64,000 bases of DNA from Mobula hypostoma (Eukaryota): NCBI RefSeq assembly GCF_963921235.1, contig NC_086108.1, positions 110,114,001-110,178,000 of the forward strand, written 5' to 3'. A model generated the notes under the pieces. The model saw only the letters and a program-made list of their open reading frames with translations. It did no database searches and had not been told where the DNA came from. Made by a program: the position numbers and the translations under genes. Below, piece after piece: positions 1 through 12,201 of this stretch. The stretch's first letter is position 1; every line of letters begins with the position of its first letter.

Positions 1-195
1 AAACATAAAATAATTGATTGCACAAGTATTCACCCCCTTTAATATGACCCACCAAATCATCATTGGTGCAGCCAGTTGGTTATGGAGTTCACATAATTGG
101 TTAAATGGAGATCACCTGTGGGCAGTCAAGGTATTTCAATTGATTGTAGTAAAATACACCTGTATCTGGAAGGTCCAACTGCTGGTGATTCATGA

Positions 196-1168
196 GGCTA
201 CACTACATTTTGAAAACAAAGCTTTTTCTCTTTGCTTTGACCCTCCATGCACACTAAAACGGCATTTTCATCCCCTGAAAATGGAGATTTTCAGAAATGG
301 TCTCCAAAGTGAATAAATCTGAAAACACCTAATATCCATTGCAGTGAGAATGGGGTAAGCGGAGATTTTTAATACCGCTGTCATGACGTGCCAGAACAGA
401 TGGTGGCAGCCCGGCATTTCATTGTTTTCTTCTTCTTCTTCTTATTATTATTATTATTATTACTTTATTGTCGCCAAACAATTGATACTAGAGTGTACAA
501 TCATCACTGTGATATTTGATTCTGCGCTTCGCAAACCCTAACAATTTCAGAACAGATGGCAACAAGACTGAAGCCAGAAGGGTTAGAAATGTACTCACCA
601 AATACTTTGACCCATAGCTTACTGAATAAATAAATATACTCACTTTGCCCTGTTTTCTGTCCTTGCTTGTATGAAGGTGGTTTACCTATTTATGCAAGTA
701 CTTCTCTAGCAATAGATGTGTAACAGCCTAATGTAATATTGTATGGAAATACAAGATAACACTGATGCAGGCATGTTTCATACATTTAACAAGGTGCTTT
801 ATTAATGCAACAGAGTTAGTCAGTTTTTCAATGTTCATCGTCAGCTGGGTCATACTGTCCGTGACTCCTTGTCGGTTGCTTCCATACGCTCCAGTATTTT
901 TTTTTTCGGTTTTAAGTCCTCCTGCGCAAAAGCCAAGAGCAATTCCTTTTAAGTTTTTCTACTCTGTAACTGGACAAAAGCGCACCAAGTATACCATTTC
1001 CTCTTCGCTTGTTTTCTCTGTGTCCTGCGCATGCCTAGTAGGAGGAGATTCGCCCAAATATCTGTTCAAATATGGACAGAGACATTTTGAAGAATGTTTA
1101 GTGTGGACGCCTGTCGTTTTTACTCGAAACCGGCGTTTTCAAAATTATCCGGCGTAGTGTGGACTCCT
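196..1168. mobile_element. Non-autonomous PIF/Harbinger-like element inserted in the Tc1 5' region
   Basis: Left end GGCTACACTAC..ATTTTGAAAAC mirrors right end GTTTTCAAAATTATCCGGCGTAGTGTGGAC. Repeated CACACTA/TAGTGTGGAC subterminal motifs. Contains a Rex1 3' tail at ~445-535 that matches 49600-49680. Confidence 0.55.
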
Positions 1169-1906
1169 ACGGATCCTGGGAAAAAGTACACCATGAAGGT
1201 AAAGGAACACTCCAAGCAACTCTGTGAAAAAGTTATTGAAAAGCACAAGTCAGGAGATGGATACAAGAAAATTTCCATGTCACTGACGATTACTTGGACT
1301 ACAGTTAAGTGCATCATAAAGAAATAGAAATAATATGGCACAACTGTAAATCTGCCGAGAGTAAGCTGTCCTCAAAATCTGAGTGACCATGCAAGAAGGG
1401 GTCGAGTGAGGGAACCAACCAAGAGGCCTATGACAACTCTGGAGGAGTTACAAGCTTCACTGGCTGAGATGGGAGAGACTGTGCATACAAATACTATTGC
1501 CCCAGTGCCTCACCAGTCACAGCTTTATAGGAGGGTAGCAAAGAGAAAGCCACTGTGGGAGGGGAAAAAAACTCACATGAAATCTTGGCTAGAGTTTGCC
1601 AGAAGGCATGTGGGAGACTCTGAAGTCAGCTGAAGTAAGGTTCTATGGTCTGATAAAACCAAAATTGAGCTTTCTGGCCATCACACTAAATGCTATGTTT
1701 GGTGAAAGCCAAACAGTACACATCATCAAAAGCGCACCGTCCCCACCGTGAAGCATGGTGGTGCCTGTGTCATGCTGTGGGGATGCTTCAGTGCAGCAGG
1801 CCCTGGATGGCTTATGAAGATAGAAGGTAAACTGAATGCATCAAAATATGGGGAAATACTGGAGGAAAACCTGATGCAGTCTGCAAGAGAATTGTGACTT
1901 GGGAGA

Positions 1907-2002
1907 AGTCCTGATGAAGGATCTCGGCCTAAAACATCGACTGTACTATTTCCCATTGATGCTGCCTGGCCTACTGAGTTCCTCCAGCATTTTGTGTGTG
2001 TA
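1907..2002 (+). mobile_element. Short Penelope-derived insertion beginning at a mutated minimal hammerhead motif
   Basis: AGTCCTGATGAAGGATCTCGGCCTAAAACATCGACT...; flanked by TSD ACTTGGGAGAAG (1897-1908) / ACTTGGGGGAAG (2003-2014). Confidence 0.7.
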
Positions 2003-2118
2003 ACTTGGGGGAAGATGTGTTTTCCAGCAAGACAATGACCCCAAGCATTATGTCAAAGGTACACAGGAATGGCTTAAAAACAACAAAGTTAAAGTTCTGG
2101 AGTGGCCAAGTCAGAGTC

Positions 2119-2290
2119 ATGTTTAAAAGGAAGTTAGATATGGCCCTTGTGGCTACAGGGGTCAGGGGGTATGGAGGGAAGGCTGGGTTCTGAGTTGGAT
2201 GATCAGCCATGATCATAATAAATGGCGGTGCAGGCTCGAAGGGCCGAATGGCCTACTCCTGCACCTATTTTCTATGTTTCTATGTTTCTA
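2119..2290 (+). mobile_element. CR1-type LINE 3' tail fragment inside Tc1
   Basis: GGGCCGAATGGCCTACTCCTGCACCT hairpin and (TTTCTATG)n tail typical of CR1. Confidence 0.75.
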
Positions 2291-2350
2291 AGACCGCAAT
2301 CTAGTTGAGAGTTTATGATTGGGCTTGAAAAGGGCTGTTCACTCACGATC

Positions 2351-2888
2351 CTTTAACATCTGTCGGACGATGCTGAGGATGTTCTACGAGTCTGTGGTGG
2401 CCAGTGCTATCATGTTTGCTGTTGTGTGCTGGGGCAGCAGGCTGAGGGTAGCAGACACCAACAGAATCAACAAACTCATTCGTAAGGCCAGTGATGTTGT
2501 GGGGATGGAACTGGACTCTCTCACGGTGGTGTCTGAAAAGAGGAAGCTGTCTAAGTTGCATGCCATCTTGGACAATGTCTCCCATCCACTACATGATGGA
2601 CTGGTTGGGCACAGGAGTACACTCAGCCAGAGACTCATTCCACCGAGGTGCAACACAGAGTGTCATAGGAAGTCATTCCTGCCTGTGGCCATCAAACTTT
2701 ACAACTCCTCCCTGGGAGGGTCAGACACCCTGAGCCAATAGGCTGGTCTTGGACTTATTTCCTGGCATAATTTACATATTGCTATTTAATTATTTATGGT
2801 TTTATTACTATTGAATTATTTGTGGTGCAACTGTAACAAAAAACAATTTCCGTCGGGATCAATAAAGGTTGACTATGACTATGACTAT
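2351..2888 (+). mobile_element. Rex1/Babar LINE 3' fragment inside Tc1
   Basis: ORF 2319-2741 (FYESVVASAIMFAVVCWG...HPLH...RKSFLPVAIKLYN), AATAAA and (GACTAT)n tail; Tc1 sequence resumes after it. Confidence 0.75.
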
Positions 2889-3704
2889 CCCCATGCAATC
2901 TGACAGAGCTTGAGCAGTTTTATAAAGAAGAATGGGGGGGGGGGAACTGCAGTATCCAGCTGTGTAAAGCTGATAGAGACCTAACCATACAGACTCAAGG
3001 CTGTAATTGCTGCCAAAGGTGCATCTCCTAAATACTACCATGAAGAGGGCAAATAATTATTTTGTGTTTAACAATTGTAATAAATATAGACCAATTTGTA
3101 GAAATTTGTTTTCATATAACCATATAACAACTAGAGCACGGAAACAGGCCATCTCACTTTGACATGAAAGAGTCTTTCTCTGTTGATGAGTGTCAAAAAA
3201 GCCAAATTAAATACAGTGATTCAATGTTGTAAAACAGTAAAACATGAAAACTTCCAGATGTGAATACTTTTTACAGGTATTGTACAAGGGAATTACAGAG
3301 GCTTGAGAAAGGAGCTGACTAAAACTGAGTGGAAACGAACGGTAGCAGGGTTGACAGTAGACCAGCAATGGCTGGAGTTTCTGGGAACAATTCAGAAGGC
3401 ACAGGATAGATGCATCCTAAAGAAGAAGTATTCTAAAGGCAGGATGACGCAACCAAACATAAAAGCCAAAGAGTATATAATAGAGAAAAAAAAGTGGGAA
3501 GTTTGAGAATTGGGAAGGTTTTTAAAAACAAACAGAAGTCAACTAAAATAGTCACCAGGAAGAAAAAGATGGAATATGATGGTAAATCAAGGGAATGGCG
3601 GCGTAAGGAAAAGGTCTCTCGACAAAAAAGAAGGTAAACTGCCCCAAAATCGAATTTAGACAAATACTTAATATTGCATAATTATATTAATAAAAGGGGC
3701 AAGG

Positions 3705-4690
3705 ATGATGTCTAAGAACAAGAATAAAAAGTCCGCTTCGAAGGCTGGTAAACATAAAGAGATGCAGCAAGGCGACGGGCCTAGCTCCCCCACGGCAAGC
3801 CAGGACGGAGATAATGAGGGGGAATCGGTGACTCTGTCTTTGATTCTCGGAGAGATTCGCAAATTCCGACAAGATAACAGCAAACAGCTGGAAGATATTA
3901 AAGGAGAAATAGTAAAAACTAACTTGCGGATAGATGAAGCTGAAGCGAGGATTGTTGGAATTGAAGAGAAGCTACAAAACGCCGAGGAAGTGATAGCAGA
4001 AATGCTGAAGCTACAAGACCAGCTCCAGTGGAAACTAATAGATCAAGAAGGCCGCTCGAGAAGGGAAAATGTGAAGATCTACGGAGTTCCCGAAGGAACC
4101 GAAGGTAAACCCGGATTGATGATTCCCTTCGTGGAGAAGCTGCTTAGAGAGAACCTTGATATACCGGCCGCAAAAGACCTACAGATAGAAAGGGCTCACC
4201 GCGCATTGGCACCACAGCCCCGGCAGGCGCCCAGCCCAGATCGATTCTGATCAGATTTCTCAGTTACAGAACGAAGGAAGAGGTGCTTAAAAGAGCATGG
4301 CAAAAGAAAGGTTTCATGTGGAACAACTGCAAAATCAGTTTAGACCACGACTACGCATGGAGGATTCTTGCCAGACGGAAGGAATATACGGAAACACGGA
4401 GAGTCCCGAAGGAAAACAACATCAGATTCCAGACCCTGTATCCAGCTCGGCTGAGAGTCTTTTACGACAAAGGGACAAAAACTTACGCTACGGTGGAGGA
4501 GGCAACGTTGGACCTGGCGGACCGGGGACTACCTATTAAAGTTATCACCCAACCGGAGTCGCTACTGGAGAGGATTCGGCAGAAGTCGTGGCAGTTAGTG
4601 GGGCGAGGACGCTCCACTCGAACCAGAGTGTCAAACTACAAGGAAAAGCTGCAAATATTCAGACGCGAATGTACAGAGAATACAGATTAA
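3705..4690 (+). pseudogene. L1 ORF1p (coiled coil + RRM + CTD, Transposase_22-like) with one frameshift near 4215-4250
   Basis: Motifs DQEGRSRRENVKIYGVPEG, IERAHR, LYPARLRV; split over ORFs 3705-4250 and 4283-4690. Confidence 0.9.
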
Positions 4691-5046
4691 TTAAGAGAAA
4701 TGACTGAAAAGAGTAAATCGGACTTGAAAGTAAAATGAAAACTGGTAACTGAAAATAAACTAGGCGGAATAACTTGAATGATAGCAATATGGTCGAGACA
4801 TAAATAGGAAAAAATTCTCTATGATTATTCAAACTGCTGAGGGCCCTCTAACACAGGGTGAAGATAGAGGTTATCCCTCTGAACTGAGGCGGGTCGGTGC
4901 TCGCTGTGGGAAGTCGGGAAAAATTTTCAAATGTTATACGTTCAGAAATGTCTAGGGTGTGGTTATATGTCTTGGTTTACTGTTGAGAAGGGATTGCTTA
5001 CTGTTTGGTTAGAAAAGGAGAGTGCTTTTTTTTCTACTAGAGAAAA

Positions 5047-8000
5047 ATGCAAACTGAATTGGTAAAAATAATTTCCTATAATGTTAATGGGGTTTTGAAT
5101 CCAATTAAAAGAAATAAGATTATGTCTAAATTGAAAAAGAGAGGGCACAAATAGCTTTCCTCCAGGAAACACATATGAGCCAATCTGAACATGGAAAATT
5201 AAAAAGAATGGGCTTTAAGCATGTATTTTATTCATTATATAAATTGAGTCACAAAAGAGGGGTAGCTACTTTAATATCAAGTGCTCTTAATTATGAACAT
5301 ATTTCAGAGACTAGAGACAAAGAAGGACAGTTTGTAAAAATCACAGGAAGAATAGAAGGTACAGAAATAACATTGCTGAATGTTTATGCTCCTCCAGGTA
5401 GTGAATGGTCATCTTATAGACACATTTTTGACCTAATGGTCAGTTCTCGAGGGGTAGTAATTTGTGGAGGGGATTTTAATATTAGATTAAATCCTATATT
5501 AGATTCTTCAAGAATAGTTACTCAGAATAAACCTCTGACTCGGAAAGTGAATTCATTGATGGAGGAGTTGGGAATTATAGATGTCTGGAGGGAATTACAC
5601 CCTACTAGTAAAGATTATACATATTACTCTTTCCCTCATTCAGCCTATTCAAGGATAGACTATTTCTTTATCTTTAATACAGATAGACTCAGGATAAAAA
5701 ACTGTAATATTGCAACAATTGATCTGTCGGATCATAGCCCAGTTTCTATGTCTCTAATCCTGGAAAGGAAAATGAGGAAAACACTATGGAGGCTAAACTC
5801 ACATATACTCAATAACCCGAAAGTAATGGAGAGATTAAGGGGAGAAATCAAAGAATATCTAGACCTTAATGACACGGGAGAAACATCACCAGTGATTTTA
5901 TGGGATACATTGAAAGCTGTACTGAGAGGGAAAATTATTTCCATTACTACTCACATGAAAAAAATCAATGCACAAAAATTAGCAGACCTTCAAGGAAAAT
6001 TAAAACAACTTCAAGTTGTAGATAGCAACAAAAGTAATTCAAATCGAAAACAGGAAATTAGGAAATTGCAAAGTGAAATTGATGATATTTATACGTTGGA
6101 AACTCAAAGAAATTTTCTTTACCTGAGACAAAAGAATTATGAAGTAGGAGGTAAATCAGCTAGATTATTAGCATATAAATTACGAAAACAACAAGCAGAC
6201 AATACAATTCATAAAATAAAGAATCCAAAGACAAAGCTTGTGGAGAGTACAATAGGGAAAATTCAAGAGAGTTTTGAAACATATTATCGAGAGCTGTACT
6301 CCCAACCCCGGGCCCCCAATGAGCCCTATATAGACAGTGTATTGAATTTTTTAGATCTACCTAAACTTACAGATTTACAAAATGAAAGTTTATTAGAACC
6401 AGTAACTGTCAAAGAACTGAACGTGGCCATCTCTAGGTTAAAGGCTGGAAAGTCCCCGGGTTCTGATGGGTTTACCTCAGAGTGGTACAAGTCCCTGAAG
6501 ACACAGTTAGCCCCATTACTACTTAACACCTTTAATTGGATCTTGCAGAGAGGAGAAACTCCACCTTCCTGGAGAGAAGCAATTATTTCATTTATTCCTA
6601 AAGAGGGTAAAGATAAACTAGAATGTGGCAATTATCGGCCAATTAGTGTTCTTAATTTAGATTACAAACTATTTACATCTATATTAGCGCGCAGATTGGA
6701 AAAGCTTTTACCTGGCCTAATCCATTTAGACCATACTGGATTTATTCAACAAAGACAAACACAGGACAACATAAGGAGAACTCTGCACATATTAGAACAG
6801 GTTAATAAGAACGAGACAGAGACAATGGTAGTAGGATTGGACGCTGAGAAAGCTTTTGATTCGGTTAGTTGGGCATTCCTATACAGAGTGTTAGGAAGAT
6901 TCGGCTTTCAAGAAAGGTTTATTAAAGTAATTCAGACTCTATATGACAGCCCTACAGCCCGAATTAAGATAAATGGGGACCTCTCTGACTCCTTCATTTT
7001 AGAGAGAGGCACTAGACAGGGATGCCCAATTTCTCCTCTCCTTTTTGCGCTATATATTGAACCACTTGCCCAACTAATAAGACAGAGCGAAATCGTAAAA
7101 GGTATCAAGGTGGCAGGGATTGAACAGAAAGTGGCGTTATTCGCAGATGATGTTTTGGTCTATCTGAGTGAACCAGAAAAATCATTTATAGGATTGTTTA
7201 CACTGTTGGATGACTTTGGGAAAATATCAGGTTATAAAATAAATGTAAAGAAAACGCAGGTTATGTCCCTAAATTATACACCATCCAAAAAATTGCAGGA
7301 TACATACGATCTTAAGTGGGAAGCTAAATCATTAAAATATTTAGGAATAACCCTGCCAAAGGATCTTTCAACACTATCACAGGTAAATTATGGGCCATTA
7401 ATCTCAGAGATAAAAGCAGATATGCATAGATGGAATCTTATCCCCTTTTTAAGTTTAAATTCAAGGATAAATACTATAAAAATGAATATTCTTCCTCGGT
7501 TATTATATCTTTTCCGTACTTTACCAGTGGAGGTGGATGATAATCAATTCAGGGAATGGGACAAATGGATTTCCCGCTTCATTTGGCAAGGAAGGAAACC
7601 TAGAATTCGATATAACACCTTACAGTTAGGGAAGGAAGGAGGAGGTATGGTTCTTCCTTGCCTGAGAAATTATTTTTATGCCTCACAGATAACCCCTCTG
7701 TTATATTGGTGTAATAGGGAATATAAGGCTAGATGGAAGGAAATAGAATTTGGATTAGTTGACAGTTTTCCTCTTCAGGCCTCAATAGCTGACAAAGGAT
7801 TGATGGCCCAGTTGGAAAAATTTAATAATGCTTGGATAAATCTTACATTAAAAGTATGGCAGAAGGTGGTTAATTCATGTGGAATTAATAACATGTTAAA
7901 ACTCTTTAGATGGTGTGCATATGATACCGAATTCCTTCCCAACGGAGGAGATAAAAGATTTGAGCTATGGATAAAGAAAGGTCTTACAACCTACCTCTCA

Positions 8001-8834
8001 TTTATAGATAAAAGAGTATTACAAAGTTTCCAAATCCTGCAGGACAAACATGGCCTAGAACATAATGACTTTTTTAGGTACCTTCAAATACGAAACTATG
8101 TTAACCAGAGTTGTAGATATACAGACCTATCAACAGTAGAATTAGAATTTTTCAAGATTCTGAATTCGGCTTGCAGTTCAATACCTAGTAAATCAGTTTC
8201 TCGCCTATATAATGCACTCTCCCATGCTAAAAATGTAAATACACTGTATATTAAAGAGAAGTGGGAGAAAGAAGCGGGGTTGGTACTTTCAGAGGAGGCT
8301 TGGGGGAAAATCTGCAGCTTTCAATGGTCCTCGACTAATTCTTTGACTTGGAGAGAACATTGTTGGAAAAACATTATAAGATACTTCAAGACCCCATATC
8401 AGGAAAAATATAAAGATACAAATGTGATGTGTTGGAGAAGGTGAGGCTCCAAGGAGGCAAATCATTTTCATATTTTCTGGGATTGCCCTAAATTAAGTCT
8501 ATTTTGGGAAGGTATTCATAGAACATTAGTTAAGGTACTTAGGTCCCAGATACCTCTGAACTTTGAGATGCTCTATTTGGGGCATGTATTGTTCCTTGAA
8601 CAGAAGGAAGATATAAAGTTGCTGCAGGCCCTCTTAGCGGCAAGTAAGAAATCAATCACTAGAAAATGGCTAAATCCAATACCACCGACATTAGAAGATT
8701 GGTACGAAATTATCTTGGAAATATTTAAAATGGAAAAGTTGACTTACTCCCTGAGAACTCAAAAAGAAACATTTTATCAAATCTGGAATAAATGGATTGA
8801 ATATATAACCCCAATGCGAGCAGACTTTAGATGA
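5047..8834 (+). pseudogene. L1 ORF2p (APE endonuclease + reverse transcriptase + Cys-rich C-terminus); one frameshift near 5140 and one stop at 8442
   Basis: ISYNVNG, GGDFN, SRIDY, SDH (endonuclease); KSPGSDG, YRPIS, DAEKAFD, GTRQGCP, FADD (RT); CWRR*GS zinc-knuckle Cys converted to TGA; ORF 8568-8834 is in the same frame as 5175-8444. Confidence 0.93.
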
Positions 8835-10129
8835 CTCTCCTAATGATTTATATTGCTCTTCTCATCAACACAGTAATATTGCTAACGTAAGCACCCCTAG
8901 TCTAAATGTTTGTTTTTTTTTTGGAAAATAGAGAATTAACACAAGTAAAGGGAAAGATTTGGGAAAGGGATAAAAAAAAAATGAAAAAATTAAGTAAATA
9001 AGTACTTAGGGATTGGATAATTATGTCTGCGGGCAGGAACAAGCATGAACAAATTGGGATATAAACACCTACAATGGTTGGTATATAGGCTTGTATGGAA
9101 TATGATGGTAACTTAGCCAATATTGTTAGAGGATACCAAAAGTTTCTTCAGATATGTAAAGTGTAAAAGAGAGGCAAGAATAGATACTGGACTGCTGGAA
9201 AATGATGCTGGAGAGATAGTAATTGGGGACAAGAAAATGGATGAATTGAATAAGTATTTTGCATCGGTCTTCACTGTGGAAGACACAAGCAGTAAGCTGG
9301 AACTTTGAGAGTGCCAGTAGGCAGAGAGTGATGTTGCCATTACTAGGAAGAAGGTGCTTGGGAAACTGAAATCTGAAGGTAGATAAGTCTCCTGGACCAG
9401 ATGTTATACAACCCAGGGTTCTGAATGAGGTGGCTACAGAGATTGTGAAGGCATTAGTAAAGATCTTTCAAGAATCAATAGAGAGCTGGAAAATTGAAAA
9501 TGTCAAGCCACTCTTGAAGAAGAGAGAGAGGCAGAAAAAAATGAAATTATAAACCAGTTAATCTAACCTCAGTGTTTGGGAAGATGTTGGAGTAGATTGT
9601 CAACAATCTTTTGATATTTCAGTTTGCTTTATCCACACTTTGAAAAGGACTAATCTCGGTACTATACAATGGAATGATTTAACAATGCCTTAAAGCTCGG
9701 TGAATTTTCTCTCCTTTTTCTGTATTTATGGAATTTTTCATCTAATGAGGCCATTCAGTTCATTCTGCTTTGCTAGCTCTTTGAGGCAGTTATCCAATCA
9801 ACCCTATCTGCTACACAAAATACTCTGCAGATACTGGGGTCAAAGCAACACTCACAACACGCTGGAGGAACTCAGCAGGTCGGGCAGCATCCGTGGAAAC
9901 AACCAGTCAACGTTTCGGGCCAGAACCCTTCGCCAGGACTGAAGAGGGAAGGGGCAGAGGCCCTATAAAGAAGGTGTGGGGAGGGTGGGAAGGAGAAGGC
10001 TGGTAGGTGCCAGGGTAACCTTATCTATTATTCTTTTTCAGGCCAGAAGACGTCACTTTCAGAGCTGATAACTGTGTGTTTGACTCCCTCTGCTGTCTGT
10101 AAGGAGTTTGTATGTTCTCCCCATGACTG

Positions 10130-11600
10130 CATTGAGGACATCTTCAAAAGGCAATGTCTTAAGATGGCAATATCCATCATTAATGACCACCATCACCAAG
10201 GACATACCCTCTTCTCATTGCCACTATCAAGCAGGAGGTACAGCAGCTTGAAGAAATGCACTCAATATTTCAGGAACAGCTTCTTCCCATTCGCCATCTG
10301 ATTTCTGAATGGACAATGAACCCACAAACACAACTTCAGTATTTTTACCCTCTCTTTTTGCACTAATTTAATTTATTTTTATGTACAATTTTATTGTAAT
10401 TTATAGTTTTTTAATAATTGTGCAACAAGTTTCAAGACATTTGCCAGTGTGTAACCCTCTCACCGGGGTTTGTATACAAACTTGGCTAGTTATATGGCTC
10501 TGCTAACAGCCACATGACTCAGCGGTGAAGAGACCGAATTTCACAAACAATTTATGTCTAGGGTCAGTATGATTTGGTGTTCAACCAAACGGGAATGTTG
10601 CAATGTTCTGATAAAACCTCCAGTTGAGCGGAAGCTGGGTAAATACTGGCCATAAGCAGTTGTCCGTCAGCAAGAAATAACAGATCATACACCTCATAAA
10701 GTGGCAAAGAAAGTCTAGTTATAAGTATCAGCTTTATCAAACAGTTAAATGGAAAGAGAAAAGAAAAAAATTAAAAGGGCCCATTACAGTTAAAATAATC
10801 CACTGTACACATAAAGTTGGAGCTCATTCTGAAGTTGTCTTTACTCACGCACTGGGCCCACACCACCTTCTGAATTTTGCTCGAAATCCATCTTGAAAAA
10901 ATGGGCTCTCTCTCAGGAGTATTGGCCCTTCCTCCTTGGAGCTACTCACCTGCATAAAGCACTCCATGCAACAGGGACTTGCCTTCCAATGGCATTCTGT
11001 GGCATCTTCCCTTCTCCGCAGCTCCTGCCTAAAGCCCCGTGATCCAGACTACTGTCCTTCAGAAAACCCTTCCCCACATCCCTGGAACCTTCTCTCACAT
11101 CCCACAAGCCTGATTGGCTGGCTCACATTCCTAAACTGGACAACATGGCTCTTTTTCTTAGTCAAAGTCAAAACACACTTTCCAGTGTGGCACAGTGTTT
11201 TAACAAAAAGCTGCTAAAATAAACTACCCACAGCATAGCAGTAGAAATCTTAACCAGGGTATTACAGGTGATGTTAAATCAGATTCTGATTCTGATTCGT
11301 CATCTGATATGGAGAGGCCTCTGCACAGGATCGGAACAAGCTGCATAAAGTTGTAAATTCAGCCAGCTCCATCATGGGCACTAGCCTCCCCAGCATCAAG
11401 AACATATTCAAATGGTGATGCCTCAAAAATTTGGCATCCATCATTAAGGACCTCCATCATCCAGGACATGCTCTCTTCTCATTACGGCCATCAGAGAGGA
11501 GGTTCCTCCCTTCCACCTTCAGATTTCTGAATACACAATGAACCCTTGAACACTCCCTCACCATTCTGCTCTGGATTTGCACTAGTTATTTAATTTAATA
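10130..11600 (+). mobile_element. Two Rex1/Babar 3' fragments (10130-11297 split by a solo LTR; 11300-11600)
   Basis: IINDHHHQGHTLFSLPLSSRRYSSLK..FRNSFFP and a (GATTCT)n tail at 11282-11297. Confidence 0.65.
10450..11266. mobile_element. Probable solo LTR
   Basis: TGTAA...TTACA termini, 4-bp flank AGTG/GGTG, interrupts the Rex1 tail TTGCCAGTG|ATGTTAAATCAGATTCTG. Confidence 0.6.
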
Positions 11601-11639
11601 TAAATACCTACAGTGTATATACAGTCTAAGGCTCATGTA

Positions 11640-12060
11640 CGAGGGGTGATTGATAAGTTCGTGGCCTACGGTAGAAGGAGATGAGTTATTAACTTCAAAC
11701 TTTCTGCATTATCACTCAAAGAGTTGAACTGTATGTGCATGGAATGAGAGTGTCTTGGACCTCCAGGTGGTCCACAGAAGGGGCGATTGATAAGTTTGTG
11801 GCCTCAGGTAGAAGGAGATGAGTTACACAGCTCTCGTTACATGCATGTGCAGTTCAACACTTTGAGTGAAAATGCAGAAAGTTTGAAGTTTCTCCTCATC
11901 GCCTACTTTAGGCCACGAACTTATCAATCACCCCTGCTGTGGACCACTTCTGGAGGTCCAAGACGCCGACTTCTACAAAGAAGGGATCTGTATGCTCCAC
12001 AACCGCTGGACTGTGTGTGTAAATGTAGGAAAAGTAAATGTGCTAGGTTTTCTAAAATTG
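11640..12060. mobile_element. Mariner-like non-autonomous element with internally repeated TIR, right end truncated
   Basis: TA|CGAGGGGTGATTGATAAGTTCGTGGCC start, direct copy at ~11780 and inverted copy GGCCACGAACTTATCAATCACCCCT at ~11911-11935. Confidence 0.65.
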
Positions 12061-12201
12061 ACGTTTAAACATTTAAACAGAAGTAACATAACATGGTGTC
12101 AGAAGTGGTCCTGGAAGAATAATACGGGAGAATCCAGAATTGAGAATCGAAGATAATCGAGAAAAAAAAAGAAGAAAAAAGTTCGAACTGTAAACAGTAA
12201 A

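Larger units (their letters stand above)
1..3284 (+). mobile_element. Degenerate Tc1-family DNA transposon, interrupted by several younger insertions; left end lies outside the window
   Basis: Transposase remnants from ATG ~1193 ([57 protein letters not shown]). IR/DR-like motif AAGTATTCACCCCC at 24-37 and right end TGAATACTTTTTACAGGTATTGTA ending 3284. Stops and frameshifts present. Confidence 0.85.
3586..9094 (+). mobile_element. Near full-length L1-clade LINE
   Basis: ORF1 and ORF2 in tandem; exact 17-bp TSD ATGGAATATGATGGTAA at 3569-3585 and 9095-9111. Confidence 0.93.
3285..9600 (+). mobile_element. CR1 LINE ORF2 fragment (3285-3585 and 9112-9600) split by an L1 insertion
   Basis: CR1-like peptides (VDQQWLEF; KSFFRYVKCKRE...ELNKYFASVFTVED) on both sides of the L1. 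Confidence 0.75.

Noticed and set aside
765..1157. 130-aa ORF
   Set aside because: Lies within a non-autonomous DNA element; no recognisable homology on this strand.
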